Shown: positions 39,003-52,345 of the stretch, in pieces
Layout: the number at the start of each line of letters is the position of its first letter
How positions within the stretch are numbered: the first letter of the stretch is position 1
NCBI GenBank assembly: GCA_002633005.1
Contig: NMRA01000141.1
Location: 483,609-547,608 of the forward strand
Length of the DNA: 64,000 nucleotides
Direction of reading: 5' to 3'
Source of the DNA: Phoronis australis
Taxonomy: Eukaryota; Animalia; Phoronida
The notes under the pieces: generated by a model
Database searches by the model: none
What the model was told of the DNA's origin: nothing
Seen by the model: only the letters and a program-made list of their open reading frames with translations
Made by a program: the position numbers and the translations under genes

Positions 39003-39660
39003 GTGATGACTAACCTTTTGACAACATTGCCCTCACGGTCAGACGACACAATCGAATTGCTAGATGAACTATTTTACAATTTCATCTGGGACAATAAACT
39101 TGACAAAACTAAAAGAACTACCTTGAATCAAGATTTTTCGCTGGGAGGGTGCAAAATGGTTCGTCTGAAGTCATTCATCAAATCCCTTAAGATTTCGTGT
39201 TTCAGAAGATTTTATACTTAGTGATGAGAGGGCCTGAAAGAAAATTTTAATTTCTACAAATCACTTACTTTCACGAAACTTGTTTCATTTTGGTGTGGCC
39301 TATTATCATTCTCTTTGCGTTTCAGTTAAGAATCAGTTTTGGGAAGACGTTTTTCGAAATGTTGGAGAATTGATTGGCATTTTCACTACTAAAAAGGTAA
39401 GGTGGGTTCCTATGACCCAATTTGGCTTTACCCAAAAATCTCAATCGAAGTGGATATTTTATGAAGGTTAGTATGCTAAAGGTATTGTATGTATTTACGA
39501 TTTGTTAGGTTTCAATGACAATTTGATGTATTGCAAAGACTTTTGTATTTATTTTGGATTTTCTCCACCACTCACTGTATTCATGGACGTGCGATGTGTT
39601 GTTCGTAACTTACTTAAACATGTGGATTCGCCCAAAACCATTCTTCTTCACCGCCCAAAG
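39003..39660 (+). mobile_element. L1/Tx1-type LINE ORF2 relic
   Basis: LFYNFIWDNKLDKTKRTTLNQDFSLGGCKMVRLKSFIKSLKIS fits the post-RT F.W..K..K....L......GG motif of Tx1/L1. Stops follow. Confidence 0.75.
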
Positions 39661-40117
39661 TTTATTACCACTTTACCTTAGCACATGAAAAATTATAACA
39701 GTGTGTATAAATTACTTGCTTATACAAAAACAAAATTACGCCACTGCTTCTCCCACACGGCAAACAACGTCTTCTTATTTGGTTTGGATAGGCATAGGTG
39801 TATTGAAAATGTGACCTTTGACCTTTTGACGTAAACAAAATTGCGCAAACATGAGCCAATTCGATTTCTTTGAGCGCATGCGTGCATGTATAATAATAGG
39901 GGCTGAGAATTTGAAAACTGTTTTGGGATGCAGTAGTTTATATTTCGTCGGCGTTTCAAAACTAGTGAATCCGACGATCTTTTCTTCAAATTCTTGAAAC
40001 ATTCATAGTGAATACCTCTCATGTTAGCATCCCCAAGAAGTAGATTTGTCACGATCTGTATTATGACGAGTTTTCGCGTTCCATGCCTCTTTAAAATCAC
40101 CCAGCGATAACTATTAA

Positions 40118-41592
40118 AGGCGAAGGCAACCTTTTTTGATGTCATTTTGAGTTAAAATAAGGTTGGTTGGTTATCCTAGACATATTTTCCACTTAATTAC
40201 AGCTTTTCGTAATTTTGTTAATTACTCGTCCGCTACTCCGGAAGTGACGTTTTAGGAGGCAAGCATTTCCCGCCAATTTCTTTTCATATAGTCTGACTGT
40301 GAGAGCTGCCGAGTCAGTCATTGTTCTACCTCGGTTGTGTTAAGTTNNNNNNNNNNNNNNNNNNNNNNNNNNNNNNNNNNNNNNNNNNNNNNNNNNNNNN
40401 NNNNNNNNNNNNNNNNNNNNNNNNNNNNNNNNNNNNNNNNNNNNNNNNNNNNNNNNNNNNNNNNNNNNNNNNNNNNNNNNNNNNNNNNNNNNNNNNNNNN
40501 NNNNNNNNNNNNNNNNNNNNNNNNNNNNNNNNNNNNNNNNNNNNNNNNNNNNNNNNNNNNNNNNNNNNNNNNNNNNNNNNNNNNNNNNNNNNNNNNNNNN
40601 NNNNNNNNNNNNNNNNNNNNNNNNNNNNNNNNNNNNNNNNNNNNNNNNNNNNNNNNNNNNNNNNNNNNNNNNNNNNNNNNNNNNNNNNNNNNNNNNNNNN
40701 NNNNNNNNNNNNNNNNNNNNNNNNNNNNNNNNNNNNNNNNNNNNNNNNNNNNNNNNNNNNNNNNNNNNNNNNNNNNNNNNNNNNNNNNNNNNNNNNNNNN
40801 NNNNNNNNNNNNNNNNNNNNNNNNNNNNNNNNNNNNNNNNNNNNNNNNNNNNNNNNNNNNNNNNNNNNNNNNNNNNNNNNNNNNNNNNNNNNNNNNNNNN
40901 NNNNNNNNNNNNNNNNNNNNNNNNNNNNNNNNNNNNNNNNNNNNNNNNNNNNNNNNNNNNNNNNNNNNNNNNNNNNNNNNNNNNNNNNNNNNNNNNNNNN
41001 NNNNNNNNNNNNNNNNNNNNNNNNNNNNNNNNNNNNNNNNNNNNNNNNNNNNNNNNNNNNNNNNNNNNNNNNNNNNNNNNNNNNNNNNNNNNNNNNNNNN
41101 NNNNNNNNNNNNNNNNNNNNNNNNNNNNNNNNNNNNNNNNNNNNNNNNNNNNNNNNNNNNNNNNNNNNNNNNNNNNNNNNNNNNNNNNNNNNNNNNNNNN
41201 NNNNNNNNNNNNNNNNNNNNNNNNNNNNNNNNNNNNNNNNNNNNNNNNNNNNNNNNNNNNNNNNNNNNNNNNNNNNNNNNNNNNNNNNNNNNNNNGTAGT
41301 TGAGTTCTCTACTAACCTATCTTGCCGCAGAATACTCGCCGATGGAAAGTGGTGGCGACAATTGTTGAAAAACAGCACAAAACAAAAGTAGAATAGAACA
41401 GATTCGCACGGTAAACTCAACGCAAAACCAAGTGGCGGGAAACGCTTGCTTCCTAAAACGTCACTTCCGGAGTAGAGGACCGGAGTAATTAATAAAATTG
41501 CGAAAAGCTGTAATTAAGTAGAAAATATGTCTAGGATAACCAACCAACCTTATTTTAGCTCAAAATGACATGAAAAAGGGTTGCCTTCGCCT
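40118..41592. mobile_element. TTAA-flanked DNA transposon with long TIRs (Kolobok-like), interior in the gap
   Basis: TTAA|AGGCGAAGGCAACC...GGTTGCCTTCGCCT|TTAA, with ~155-nt inverted arms on either side of the N gap. Confidence 0.8.
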
Positions 41593-41934
41593 TTAATGTT
41601 GTATTCACAGGCACTTAATCGAGCCGCGTTGTGAGCAGTGATAAGGTGTGGTTTTTGGAAACTTCACATTTTCACGAATTGATACGCCTATATCACAAGC
41701 ATGCGCACTTCCGACTACCGGATTTCAAAATGAGATTACACATGCTTTATCTGTTAATGTAAACCATGGTAAAAGTTTGGTCAAAGTCGTTGAAAGATTT
41801 ACCAAAGTTAACGAATGTTCCGCGGAGTTTTTAGACGCGGTTTCCGGCTCTTTAGTGGACATCATTTGAAATAATCGAAAGTAAATTCACACGTTGCGAG
41901 GCCTGATGCAGTCTGAAATCATCATAACGGTCAG

Positions 41935-42165
41935 CCTTGGCAAGTTGTTCCACTGTTGAATGGCCTGAATAACGTAGGACTTAGAGTAAAACGAAGTTCT
42001 GTGTTTAGGCAAAACCAAATTGTTTGAGGTAGAAAGTCTTGTCCTGATTTGGTGGCTATTTCGAAAAAGTACGAGATAAATAAGTTGGTACATTATTGTG
42101 AAAACACTTAATGCTTCATACACAAACATAAAATATTTGTCAATAGGGAGCCACCCCAGTCTGTT
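41935..42165 (-). mobile_element. L2/CR1-type LINE 3'-end relic
   Basis: LGWLPI...TRLSTSNNLVLPKHRTSFYSKSY...AIQQWNNLP. It abuts a THAP-like start (HCCVPKCVNDKR, 42165-42261) that it appears to interrupt. Confidence 0.7.
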
Positions 42166-42711
42166 CCGCTTATCATTCACACACTTCGGCACGCAACAGT
42201 GATCGTGGTGAATACTTTGTTTACCCTGGTTAGCGCCATGGTCACTGGGCTCAACCACCATCTTGGAGAGAAGGACGTATGTGTAGCCTCGTTTTGAGAA
42301 TACTGGCCGATCGTGTGGTATAGGCCATTATTCCAGATATATGTAAAACACAAATTGTATCACAAAACGGTGTTCAAATCAAAAAAGTTTGGTTTACTAT
42401 GACTGAGTTTACGCATGTCAATCTTGGCTTCAGCTCCTTGATTGATAAGGAAAGTAATCCTTCCTCATTAATAGTCTTCACGCAGTTAGACTTGTGTGAT
42501 AAACAACACAAAGGATATGGAAATGATCGCTGTCTTGACTCACTGGATATTGACTCGATCCAATACAAATGACATGTCATACCACTGAACCGTTTATTAA
42601 TAATTCCCGATCTAAACAGGTATGATATTGCACTCAAATCAAGCATGCGGGGAGCATGAAGAAAAATGTCACGCATGCATCATTTGTTATGTAAGACTTG
42701 AGTTTCCTTCC

Positions 42712-44105
42712 CAGGGCCCGGTCTCCAATCTCCGTACTCAGACTCATACTCATACTCGAGATTTCATACTCAAAATCGTGCTCACTGGAGTCGTACTCAA
42801 AAAAGCGTATCTAATGTCGTATTTCGAGTAAACTCCAAACGTGCTCAAATCTGACACTCATACTCGAGTTGCTATGGAACTCTTTATGATGTGAAATCCA
42901 AAATCACGCAAAGCCGCGCTGATTCATCGCTCCCTATTGGAATAGACCACCCCAGGAACTAGGCCTACATTATCGTCTGCTGTCGCTACAACTACAAGAG
43001 TATGTCTATAACGTGGAATTTTGAGTGTTCTGTAACTGTTATTCATTTTTTAGTTTCAATAAATATTCTTATGCCATTTCTTTGATACACTTGGCCAATT
43101 ATTAAGCTTTACTTCTTGAGTTCCTCACCCAGTCCCGAAAATGTCTTAAGAAATATGTAACAGCTTATCACATTACATCTCTGTTGCTAATTCAGTCTTG
43201 ACATAAACCCATTGCTGTGTAGGCCTACGCTGATGTCAAACTTTGATACTGTATCTTTGTATTTTACCGGGATGTATCAAGTGAGTTGACATTTGGCACG
43301 TGAGTTAAAAAACAATACTTGTGCAGGCATTCAGAGTTCACCAGTGGCAGTGAACGGGACGAGACGTCTACTTAGAAATCGGCAAACAAAATCTGGAATT
43401 CCATTTGGGGATTGAGGAATTATAGATGACTAAGTTATGATGAGAAATGTACCTGACAGGGAAGCGAACTTTTTTTAACTTCCCTCCCCTCCTCGTCTTT
43501 TGGAAACCCTACAAAACGTAGGCACACATACCGAAATAAGGGCAGCACAAACTTCTCACACGACTTTTCCCACAACTGCTTTCGACGCTTGTTATGACTC
43601 GCCGACAAGGGATTACAATGCGCCTGTTGCCAGGAATTGTAGAGGTAGAATGGCGGCCGTAACATACAGTGATACGGCGGGTTAATAAGGTGAAGAATAA
43701 GAAGATTTAAGATGAAAACTATTATCTCTGAACTGAAATTGAAGTGCTGAGATACGGTAAGAGGACTTATTTTTTTTAGATTTGCTGTGTTTCTTGGTTC
43801 CCTTTCGATATTTTGTTCTCTGGCTCGTATTTATTTTCGAGTACGATTTCAAGCACACTGCCATACCAAACTTGAAATTTGAGCATAGACTCCGAATTTT
43901 TACTCAAAATCGTACTCGAAATATAGATGAGATACACTTCAGTTCGAGTACACTCGAAAACTGAGTACGTGCTCGAAATTTCGAGTACAGATTTTTCGAG
44001 TATGACATTGAATACACCAAAGCTGAGTCTGTACTCGAGTTGAGTATGAAGTGTGAGTTTGAGCATGATTCGAGTCTGAGTACGGAGATTGGAGACCGGG
44101 CCCTG
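42712..44105. mobile_element. Non-autonomous Harbinger-like element with long TIRs
   Basis: CAGGGCCCGGTCTCCAATCTCCGTACTCAGACTC and its exact inverse at 44072-44105, with subterminal TACTCGAG motifs. A partial right end is repeated at 58410-58555. Confidence 0.8.
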
Positions 44106-44713
44106 GATATGCCTAGAGGTAAGGTGTACTTATAATTTTCTACCACCGAGCGGTAGCGATAAGAGATACCGAAAAATTAACACTAAAATTTAATTGTGTG
44201 ATCGAAGGGTATCGGCTGTTATTGTACGTCAAAAATCTTAGTACTTGGTCTATACACCTTTATGAATGACGATAATCAAGTTGTTGACGTTAGTGCATAT
44301 ACCCAGCTTAGAAATTAGGTCGTCGTGCTCGGTATTCCACATAATCGGGAATCATTTTAGAAAAACGTCGTTGCCTATATGGCAGTTGACCACTGGGCCT
44401 CAAATATGAGCCAATTTGGAGGCCTTTTGAGTCATGTTAGTATTTGTTGTCCTTTTACAAATTCAATTTTTGGGATGGAGGGCTACATTACAACGCGTGT
44501 GATTTCGAATTCTGTGCCTCCGTAGTTTACGCGGCGAGCAGTGATTGGTCTAAACCCTAACTGCATTTCATTTTAATTAAACACAAATTCACGGTGGGGA
44601 TCTGTATTTTCACAACATGCTAGAAGACCTCTTATCGCTTACTTTGTTGTTTTGGATACTCTTAACAGTTTTGATCAGTTGGCCTGTGTTGACGTGTTAT
44701 ACAGAGTCTGAAT

Positions 44714-45115
44714 CCCAGGAAAATTGCGGTACTGGCCAATGGCCTGTACCAGTCTGGTACCACCCTCTGGCCCATCGGCACCGGTCTGCATGGTACCTGT
44801 TGCACACGTTTTTTTGCGCCGGCCCGATGCTGGAGCCGGTACCAGGCCCAATACCGGGCAAATACCATCCCCGTACTGTACTGGTACATGTTAGATGTTA
44901 CCATATTAGTGCCTGCAAACCAGTACGAAGCCAGTACCGGGTTGGTGCTGTAGCAGTACCGGACCGATACCGGGCCAGTTCTGGATTGGTGCTAGACTGG
45001 TGGGACGGTGCAGAAGTGGTGCTGAAGCGGTATCAGACTAATACCAGAGAGACGGTAATTAACCAGTACTCACGGTCTGGTACCATAGTGTCATTGGGCC
45101 GATACCAGACATGGG
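44714..45115. mobile_element. CCC...GGG element packed with GGTAC/GTACC motifs (CMC/EnSpm-like non-autonomous)
   Basis: AAT|CCCA...TGGG|AAT, with numerous short CCAGTAC/GTACCGG motifs in both orientations. Confidence 0.6.
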
Positions 45116-45821
45116 AATAGATGAATATAAAACCAGAACAGCACTGAGCTGGTGCCATACAGGCACTCTATGGTTTATACATTGCATGCGTTAAGTGTGT
45201 TTTGCTTGACAATATGACAAAAATGAGGCGTGATTGTGCTACAGGTTTAATGAGTCCGTTTTTCCGAGTTGAGCAATCACAGTGGGAAATTTTCATGCGC
45301 CAATGAAGCGGGGAGCATTCCTAAATTTATCGCCGATAATGGATTATTGTGGTGGTATCGAGTGGTTACGAGATTCCATCCATCATGACGGGTAATGATT
45401 CGTTAGTACGCGCTATTTTCATCCTGAATTAAGCGAAAATGAATCTACATGTTTACCGTAATAACGCGGAAGCGGTATTTAGTTGTCCGTTTTGCTGTGG
45501 CTTGTGCTGTGTATTCATATTACGGTAAGGAATATTATTTATAAGACCGATTTTATGAGTGAAAATGGACTAATTCGATTTTCGATTTTAGCCAGCTTAA
45601 CAAGAAGAATGTAACTTTAAATATGCCTTGCATAGCAGTAGTGTGTACATATAATTACGTTATCTAATGCATCCGTTTCTACACCTTTTAGCCTTTTTCA
45701 TTGTTGGGTCGTAAACAAGAAAGCTCATGTAACGCACACGAAGGTCAGCTGTCGATGGAAACAAGATGACTTCACGAACAGGTCGGGTTACCTTTGCAAA
45801 AATATTTTAGAACTGTATTAA

Positions 45822-48699
45822 AGGAGAATGCCACCCGATTTACCTGTTTTTTACCGTCTTCATCGGTCTCGTATACGGTCTATCTCATCTCGCCGAGAGG
45901 TGTCGCGTTAACCTATGAGGAAGGTGAGTACATGACGCAGCGACGTCAGTGGTTCTTCAGTTGAGTGTGTGCCACTATAGACCTAATTCACGCCGACAGG
46001 AGGCGTGTTCCAAAACGAGGCTGGCTACGATAGCTTTGTTGGCTTATCGGCATAGTTGTATTCCGCGTTGCTCGACCGGCTAGAAAAATACGGACACTCA
46101 ACCTTCTGTTTTACAGTCCCTCAGGACGTTGAAGTTCGGAAACGTTGGGTCGTGTCATAAGCCGTGACGAAGGAAAATACGTACGTGTAAAATTTATAAA
46201 TGTTTTTGACGAGTTAGATCATATGTTTTTTGTCGTACCTTGGTTGCCGAACATCATAGCAACGACTGGAGAATCGTGGGCCAGTCAGGCTGTGTTTTCA
46301 TACTACGGGTTCAAACGTGATGCATTTTTCTTTCCAAAAAGGACAGGGTCATCAATCCCTCGATTTTGAAAAATCACGTGAAATACCCCCCACTACTAGG
46401 CCCAAAAATTCCCCTAGTGATTGAAAATTTCTCTCCGAAGCTCAAATCACCTGCAACCACACAGGTGACAATTTGAAAGTGCACAAAATGCTACTTGAGA
46501 CAGAGCCTATGACAACTCTTGGAACAGGGCGGAGGTGCTATTGATGGTGATCAGGAGGTAGAAATTTCCCCTCACTCGGCGAAAAATTCCCCTCAGAGAA
46601 GGCACAAGCACAAGTTTCCCATCGGATGAACGAGGCCCCTGAAGAAACATGATAACTATGCTTGCTTAAACGAGGTTATTCTTTGGACGAACGAATTAGG
46701 TGTTTTAATTTTAAAATTCAGTTTGGTCCAGATTGATATTTGAAACCTAACACATGAATTAGACGTAAGAATTATTAAAACCAAGAAAGAAGAATTAATG
46801 ATCAATTAATTCTTATTTTCAATTACGAGCCTGGTTTTTTATTTTAATAAAAATTTATTTAATAACGTCAATTATTTTTTCTTATCAATGACAAATCAAC
46901 TATTAGTCCCGGTAGTCCCTATCTCACCAGGACCTAGGCTATGCTTGGTGTTAATATTCTTGATCAACAAATTAAACCAAATGTGGCAGCAAAATACAAT
47001 GAGTCACAAGTGTCGAATGTCTGTTCAACTCGTCAACAATACGATCAGATGACCTGGTTCGTAAAGAAAGCATTTTATCAACAATTCACAAGAAGAAACG
47101 TAACCCTGCCGGGCATTCAGCATAATACCTAATCCGTAACACTACGATCGCCGCAATTTGGTCATATTTACTTTTCATGTTTCGAACCTAGTATTCCGAA
47201 ACAAAAATTACACCCTTTCGTCAGACAACTCTTTGGTGCATTGACATGTTCTCTAATGTATTTTTCTACGTCTCTGTGGTTAATTATCGGCACATTTTTA
47301 AGATTTAATATCCAGGTTGGACTAGAAATACCGGCCATTTAACTCACGCAACGTCAACTTCCGCTTTGTTTAGGAGGCACAGACAGAACAGTTCTCACTG
47401 GGTTTTGCCCAGCAAAACCCACATCACTTGATTTGACACCTTTTCTTCACTCTGTCAAAAACAGGATGCAAAGAATGACATGTTTTCAGTTATTTCACAT
47501 AAAAAGCCCTGCAGATGAGCGCAGAAACTTTATTCTCTCTTGTATTTTTGACCCTTTCAATCCCACTGAAAACCAAGCTAGACTATGAAAAATAGGGGCA
47601 AAAAAAGTGCAAAATCAGCACTTTTCACCCCCAAAACACCACTTCCTTGCCAATTCACGACTAAAACTAACAATAGGTTCTGAAAGCAAATTTCCCACAG
47701 ATTCCGAAAATGTGGTCCAAAAGTACTGTCAATAACTAGTTTTTTGGCAATTCTGGCTTGTTTGAGGGCTACCTAAAATCGCAGCCAATTTCTCAGTCGC
47801 TACTCAGCAATGCACACTTGCAACCGGGGGCCGCCATCTTGAAGAAGAGTGCAGCTACAGCCGTGAAAGTGGCCCTTTTTATTCTCAGCATCTTCACAAA
47901 TGCAAGCAAACCACATTCACTGAGCCTACATGCAATGCCCACCTACAAAATGCAAATTGGCCGCGGCCGCCGCCTAACTATTCAGTGCCACCTTACTTAT
48001 TGCAGTGAGCCTCGCTTTGGATTTTAATGTCCGCCACGTGAATTAGGTGTACTGATGAAGCCAAGCCATGAAACTGGGAGGGAAGTGGGTATATCGTTTT
48101 TTTTATTTTCTCGAGAACCCGAAATGCTTCGGATTTAATTTTCAACTTTGGAAACCGAGTGACAAGGCTGCTTAATTTACGTTCATGATGCCTGCAGTCC
48201 GGCCGCCGTCTACGGGCCTAATCGAGATCCGGCCGAGCCACTGGGTTACATCGAGCGTTTTGTGTGTTTAGAACTGAAAAAGTCGCAAGTCTAAAATTAC
48301 AACTCACGGCTTTGCTCTCCGGTCTGTATTTCACGGAAGAATAATTCTAATTTATCACCGAACATATCCAAACCTCCCGCGACCGACCTCGGTAAGTTGT
48401 GTTAAAAATTTCTGTAAATCCGTAACAGAGAAATAAAACAACTCGTTTGTTTAAAAACTCAAGATATTTGTAAGGGTTTTGTATCGAATTTGATGATTTA
48501 TTGGTGTAAAGCGATGAAGTCCAGTGATAACCTGACGCCAATAAGCGTGTTGTGAACAGACTGTGTTAGATCCATGACGTCATCGGTTGATTTTAGCACC
48601 TCCGTCTGGTGTCAGGTAAAAGAACTGAACTTGATGTTATCGCGAGGAACTACTCGATCTAAATTGAGACAAAATACGTTGTTTTGGTGGCATTCTCCT
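45822..48699 (+). mobile_element. Kolobok-like element, copy 1 (with nested insertions)
   Basis: TTAA|AGGAGAATGCCACC...GGTGGCATTCTCCT|TTAA. Carries the 1.3 kb repeat and a THAP-like relic (VPQDVEVRKRW..ISRDEG near 46110-46180). Confidence 0.8.
46750..48042 (+). repeat. ~1.3 kb interspersed repeat, copy 2
   Basis: Direct copy of 31531-32838, nested in Kolobok-like copy 1. Confidence 0.9.
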
Positions 48700-48957
48700 T
48701 TAAAACAGCAACCGACGTCTTAAACTCAAGTGGCAATGGTGGATGTTACATCGAAAAAATAATCTCGCCTTTTAAAGCGGTTAGTACATGCAGAGCGAGC
48801 CGGTTGTTGGAATTCATTGCAAATTGGTGAAAATGTGACAATATATCGATTGTGTAAATTCCACAGACGATGTCCTGATCGATTAACAGAGTGAGTGCAG
48901 GATATTCCACAAACACCAAGAAGTATCGGGAGCCAGGAAATGCCTCCGTTTTATTAA

Positions 48958-50625
48958 AGGAGCATGCCACCCAAAAAACAACCTAATTTGTATCAATTTA
49001 GATCGAGTAGTTCTACTCCATAACGACACGTACGGTTGCGTTACCTGACGGCAGAAGGAGGTGTTGAAATTATCCAATGACGTCATCGGTTTCACACGCA
49101 GTCTGTTCAGCAGTTCACAGCACGGGTTACTGGTGTCAGCTTATCGCTTGAAGTCATCGGCGTTTAACACCAATAAATCATCAAACTTCGATGTAAAACC
49201 CTTAAAAATACACCGAGTTTTTATAAAAACGTGTTGTTTTATTTCTCTCTTACGAATTTATTGGTATTTGGACACACCGTTGCCTACAAAGTTCGTCAGG
49301 CCCAAGGAGTTTGGGGGCCTGTTCGGAGATAATTTCGAAGTATTTTCCGTGAGATACAAACAGCAGAACCTAGATCTGTGTTGTTTAGACTTGTGATTTT
49401 TTTGAGTTCTAAACACAAACCGCTTGTTATCCTGGCCAGTGGCTCGGAGCCCGATCAGGCCCGTCGCGGCCGGTCGGATTGACTCGTTATCCCGGCCAGT
49501 GGCTCGGAAACTTATCCGACATCACGAACATAAACCAGCCTAAGTTCAGTGGAAATTAAACTTCCAGTCAAGAAAATACTATACGAGTGAGCCAAAGTAA
49601 TGTGCACCTGATTATGTTGGTCTAGCCACGAAACTGCAAATCTACTTACTCGTCGGGGGCCGCGAATTCAGGTTCTGCTTTGGCCACAGCACCGTCAGGG
49701 CAGAAGTTGTACATTGACAATCATTATTTGAGTAATGTAAATGTAAATAAAGATTTCCCTAACACCTGGCCGTGGGATGGAAATCGAGTTGCTTCACAAC
49801 AGTTTCTGCCAGCAAACACTAAATTAGCATGAGCTCACTCGGCCTCGGTGTCCCGGCCATCAATTAGTTTTATTGCACCTACAGCCGGTAACGCAGTGAT
49901 TTATTCATCGCTGGCTTCTCAAATCATTTGCACTCACGAACACTCCAAAGGACTTACAAATTGCATCTAATGAGACAGACTTTGTTTCAGTTTTATGTAA
50001 GTATTGGTTGGGGTGAAAATAATTCATTTTGAAACAGAACGCTCAGTAATAAACGCCAACATGGCAACTCGCAATCCCGACTTAGTACGAGTTAGAGCTC
50101 ATCAGTCCCGACTTCGCAGGTGGATCGTTAAGTTTTACAGGCTATCAATTCGAACAGGAATACAGTGATGAAGAAATACTAGAGGGGCGCGTGAACAAGC
50201 TCAGACAACGGAACGTATGGAGTTATTTGGCCGGTAAGCCGGCATTCGTCAGGCACTGTCAACGTCTGCAGGCCACAGACACGGAGATGTTTCACGGCCT
50301 CATACTTGCTATTTACAGCGTACATTTCATTCTTCACTATGAGCCACTTCCTAAGCATTTCGGACTCTCGAAGAAGTAAAAAAAAATAACGATATACCCG
50401 CTTTCCTCGCAGCTGCTTAGTTCGGACAAGCGGGAACGACACATAGCAACATAGCGGCATTCACTCTGCGTATGAACCACTGACGTCGCTAGCGTCGTTT
50501 CTTACCTTCCTCACAGGTTAACGCGACACCTCTTGGCAAGGTAAGGTCGACCGTATGCGTGGCGATGTGGATATAGACCGATTAAGACGGCAACAACGAC
50601 TAATTAAATCGGGTGGCATTCTCCT
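48958..50625 (-). mobile_element. Kolobok-like element, copy 2 (inverted), with decayed THAP domain
   Basis: TTAA|AGGAGCATGCCACC...GGTGGCATTCTCCT|TTAA. Both ends align in reverse to copy 1. Minus strand 50460-50260 reads MPLCC..VVPACPN...EMLRKWL...HLRVCGL across frameshifts. Confidence 0.8.
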
Positions 50626-50833
50626 TTAACTGGTGCATGCCGGAGATAATACAAACAGTGTTGACAGTGAACATTGGCGATGGAAACTGCCAAGTGCACG
50701 CTTGCATAAAAGTAACAGGGCTCTTTCAGTACCAAAGGTGTGGTTTGTTAGTATATTTATAATAAAATGCACATATGTTTAAGCTTTGTGTAGCCTAGTA
50801 CCATGGGAATATCTGTACTATCCCAGGGGCGGC

Positions 50834-50928
50834 AAGTGACCTCGCAGGTGGCGCTGCTTGCTCCAAGTAACCTCGCAGGTGACGTTGCTTACTCCAAGTG
50901 AACTCTCGCAGGTGACGCTGCTTGCTCC
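50834..50928 (+). repeat. Minisatellite, ~31 bp x3
   Basis: AAGTGACCTCGCAGGTGGCGCTGCTTGCTCC repeated three times with small changes. Confidence 0.85.
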
Positions 50929-52186
50929 ACGAGTCTTTGGAAATTTCACATTTAGCTTTTCCGCTGCAACCAATCAGAAAGCTCAAATTTTCCCCATTTG
51001 TATTGAAGTTATGATTAAGTTAAAACTTATATGCAACTTATCTCATGTGGTTTAATCTTTTTACTCGAAACCAAATGCGAAATTATTTTAAACATTTTCC
51101 ATCTTACGATGGTACGAACTCAAGATAAGTGCAGAATAATTACTCTCTACTCGAATGTCTATTTCGAATCAAGGATTCATCTAGTACTCGTGATCCATTA
51201 TGAGTTGCCTAAAAAGAGAACGGAAACTGAAACGCTTATCTACGGCCATTGCCCCGTGATCGAAAAAAGTCTCTACACTATCTGACTTCAAAACATCACA
51301 TATTCTCTCCAACAGTTTAACAGAACTGGCTGACCAGTTGTCTTTCTTTGGAAAGACGGCTTATGAGAACAAAAATGTTAGACACGCACCAAAAGGGGAA
51401 TAGTCTGAGTCACTCTCCTTCCATGCAGCATCGGTGCATCTTCCAGTAACATATGAACGGTTGTACGATTTCACAAAACAGGCAAAGAATGGCAATTGAT
51501 TCCATCATTTGAGTTCCTCGTGAGTGGTCCTTTAAATAAAATGGACTTGGATAAGTAAAAACCGAAAAAGGTAGTCGTTGATGCGATCAGAGGGCTCCTC
51601 TATGAGTCGGTAATTATATCGCATGATGTACACTTCCAAAACAGGAAAACAGAAAGCAACACATGACTCCATTAGTCCTTACCGGAGAGGGGTCCGTAGA
51701 GAAATGCAGCTTTAAATTCCCTAAAGATCTGATATCTGATTAGATATCTGAATCAATTTACTCTGGAAAGTCTGTGTATCAATAAATCAATAGGTATTCT
51801 CGAACTTTTTGGAGCTTGTCTCCATTATCGTTCTCACTGCAGTAAATGTCCTGACATGGGGCTCCCAAAGAGTAAATCCACCACTGGTAGATGTTAAATG
51901 GTCTCTAAAATTATCTCTTTTCTGTATGTTTCGCTGTATTATTCTTTGCTCGACTGCCTTAGTCTACTTCCCGTCCTATACGCTTAAGCGAGTGGCTACG
52001 AGGGTTTCACTACACCTGCAAATAACTGGGAGCACGCACCCTCTCGATTTTTTACAGAAAGTGGGTTTATGGCACCTTTAAGATTTAAACAACGTGTGGC
52101 GCACTTAAGTGACAATGTTTTAAATTTGCAATGCCGGCTAGTACGATGTGGTTAAAGGTTACATCAGTTGCTGACTGAACAGTCCT

Positions 52187-52328
52187 CATGGGCGGCGCAG
52201 CACTATAAAAATCCACCTAAAGCCCCCTCAGCCCCTCTGTGGTGCACCGCCTATAGACCATATGCGGCCTAGCACTCACGGTGGGGGACTATACCCCCCC
52301 CCCAGCCCCCTATGGTGTGCCGCCCATG
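52187..52328. mobile_element. Dimeric CATGGGCGGCGC MITE directly upstream of the SGNH exon
   Basis: TIRs plus flanks GTCCT/GACCT. Supplies the spurious first ~22 codons of ORF 52262. Confidence 0.8.
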
Positions 52329-52345
52329 GACCTCATTTCATACGC

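Noticed and set aside
40321-41420. 320-364 aa ORFs
   Set aside because: Artefacts of the assembly gap 40347-41295.
44617-45120. 167-aa ORF with a hydrophobic N-terminus
   Set aside because: Mostly lies within the GC-rich, GGTAC-motif repeat element 44714-45115; no domain is recognisable.
50834-50928. 31-bp repeats as a CRISPR-like array
   Set aside because: Units are contiguous with no unique spacers, and the context is eukaryotic with no cas genes.
52262-52345. N-terminal 28 codons of the 439-aa ORF
   Set aside because: Derived from the MITE 52187-52328 and adjacent sequence; unlikely to be real coding sequence.
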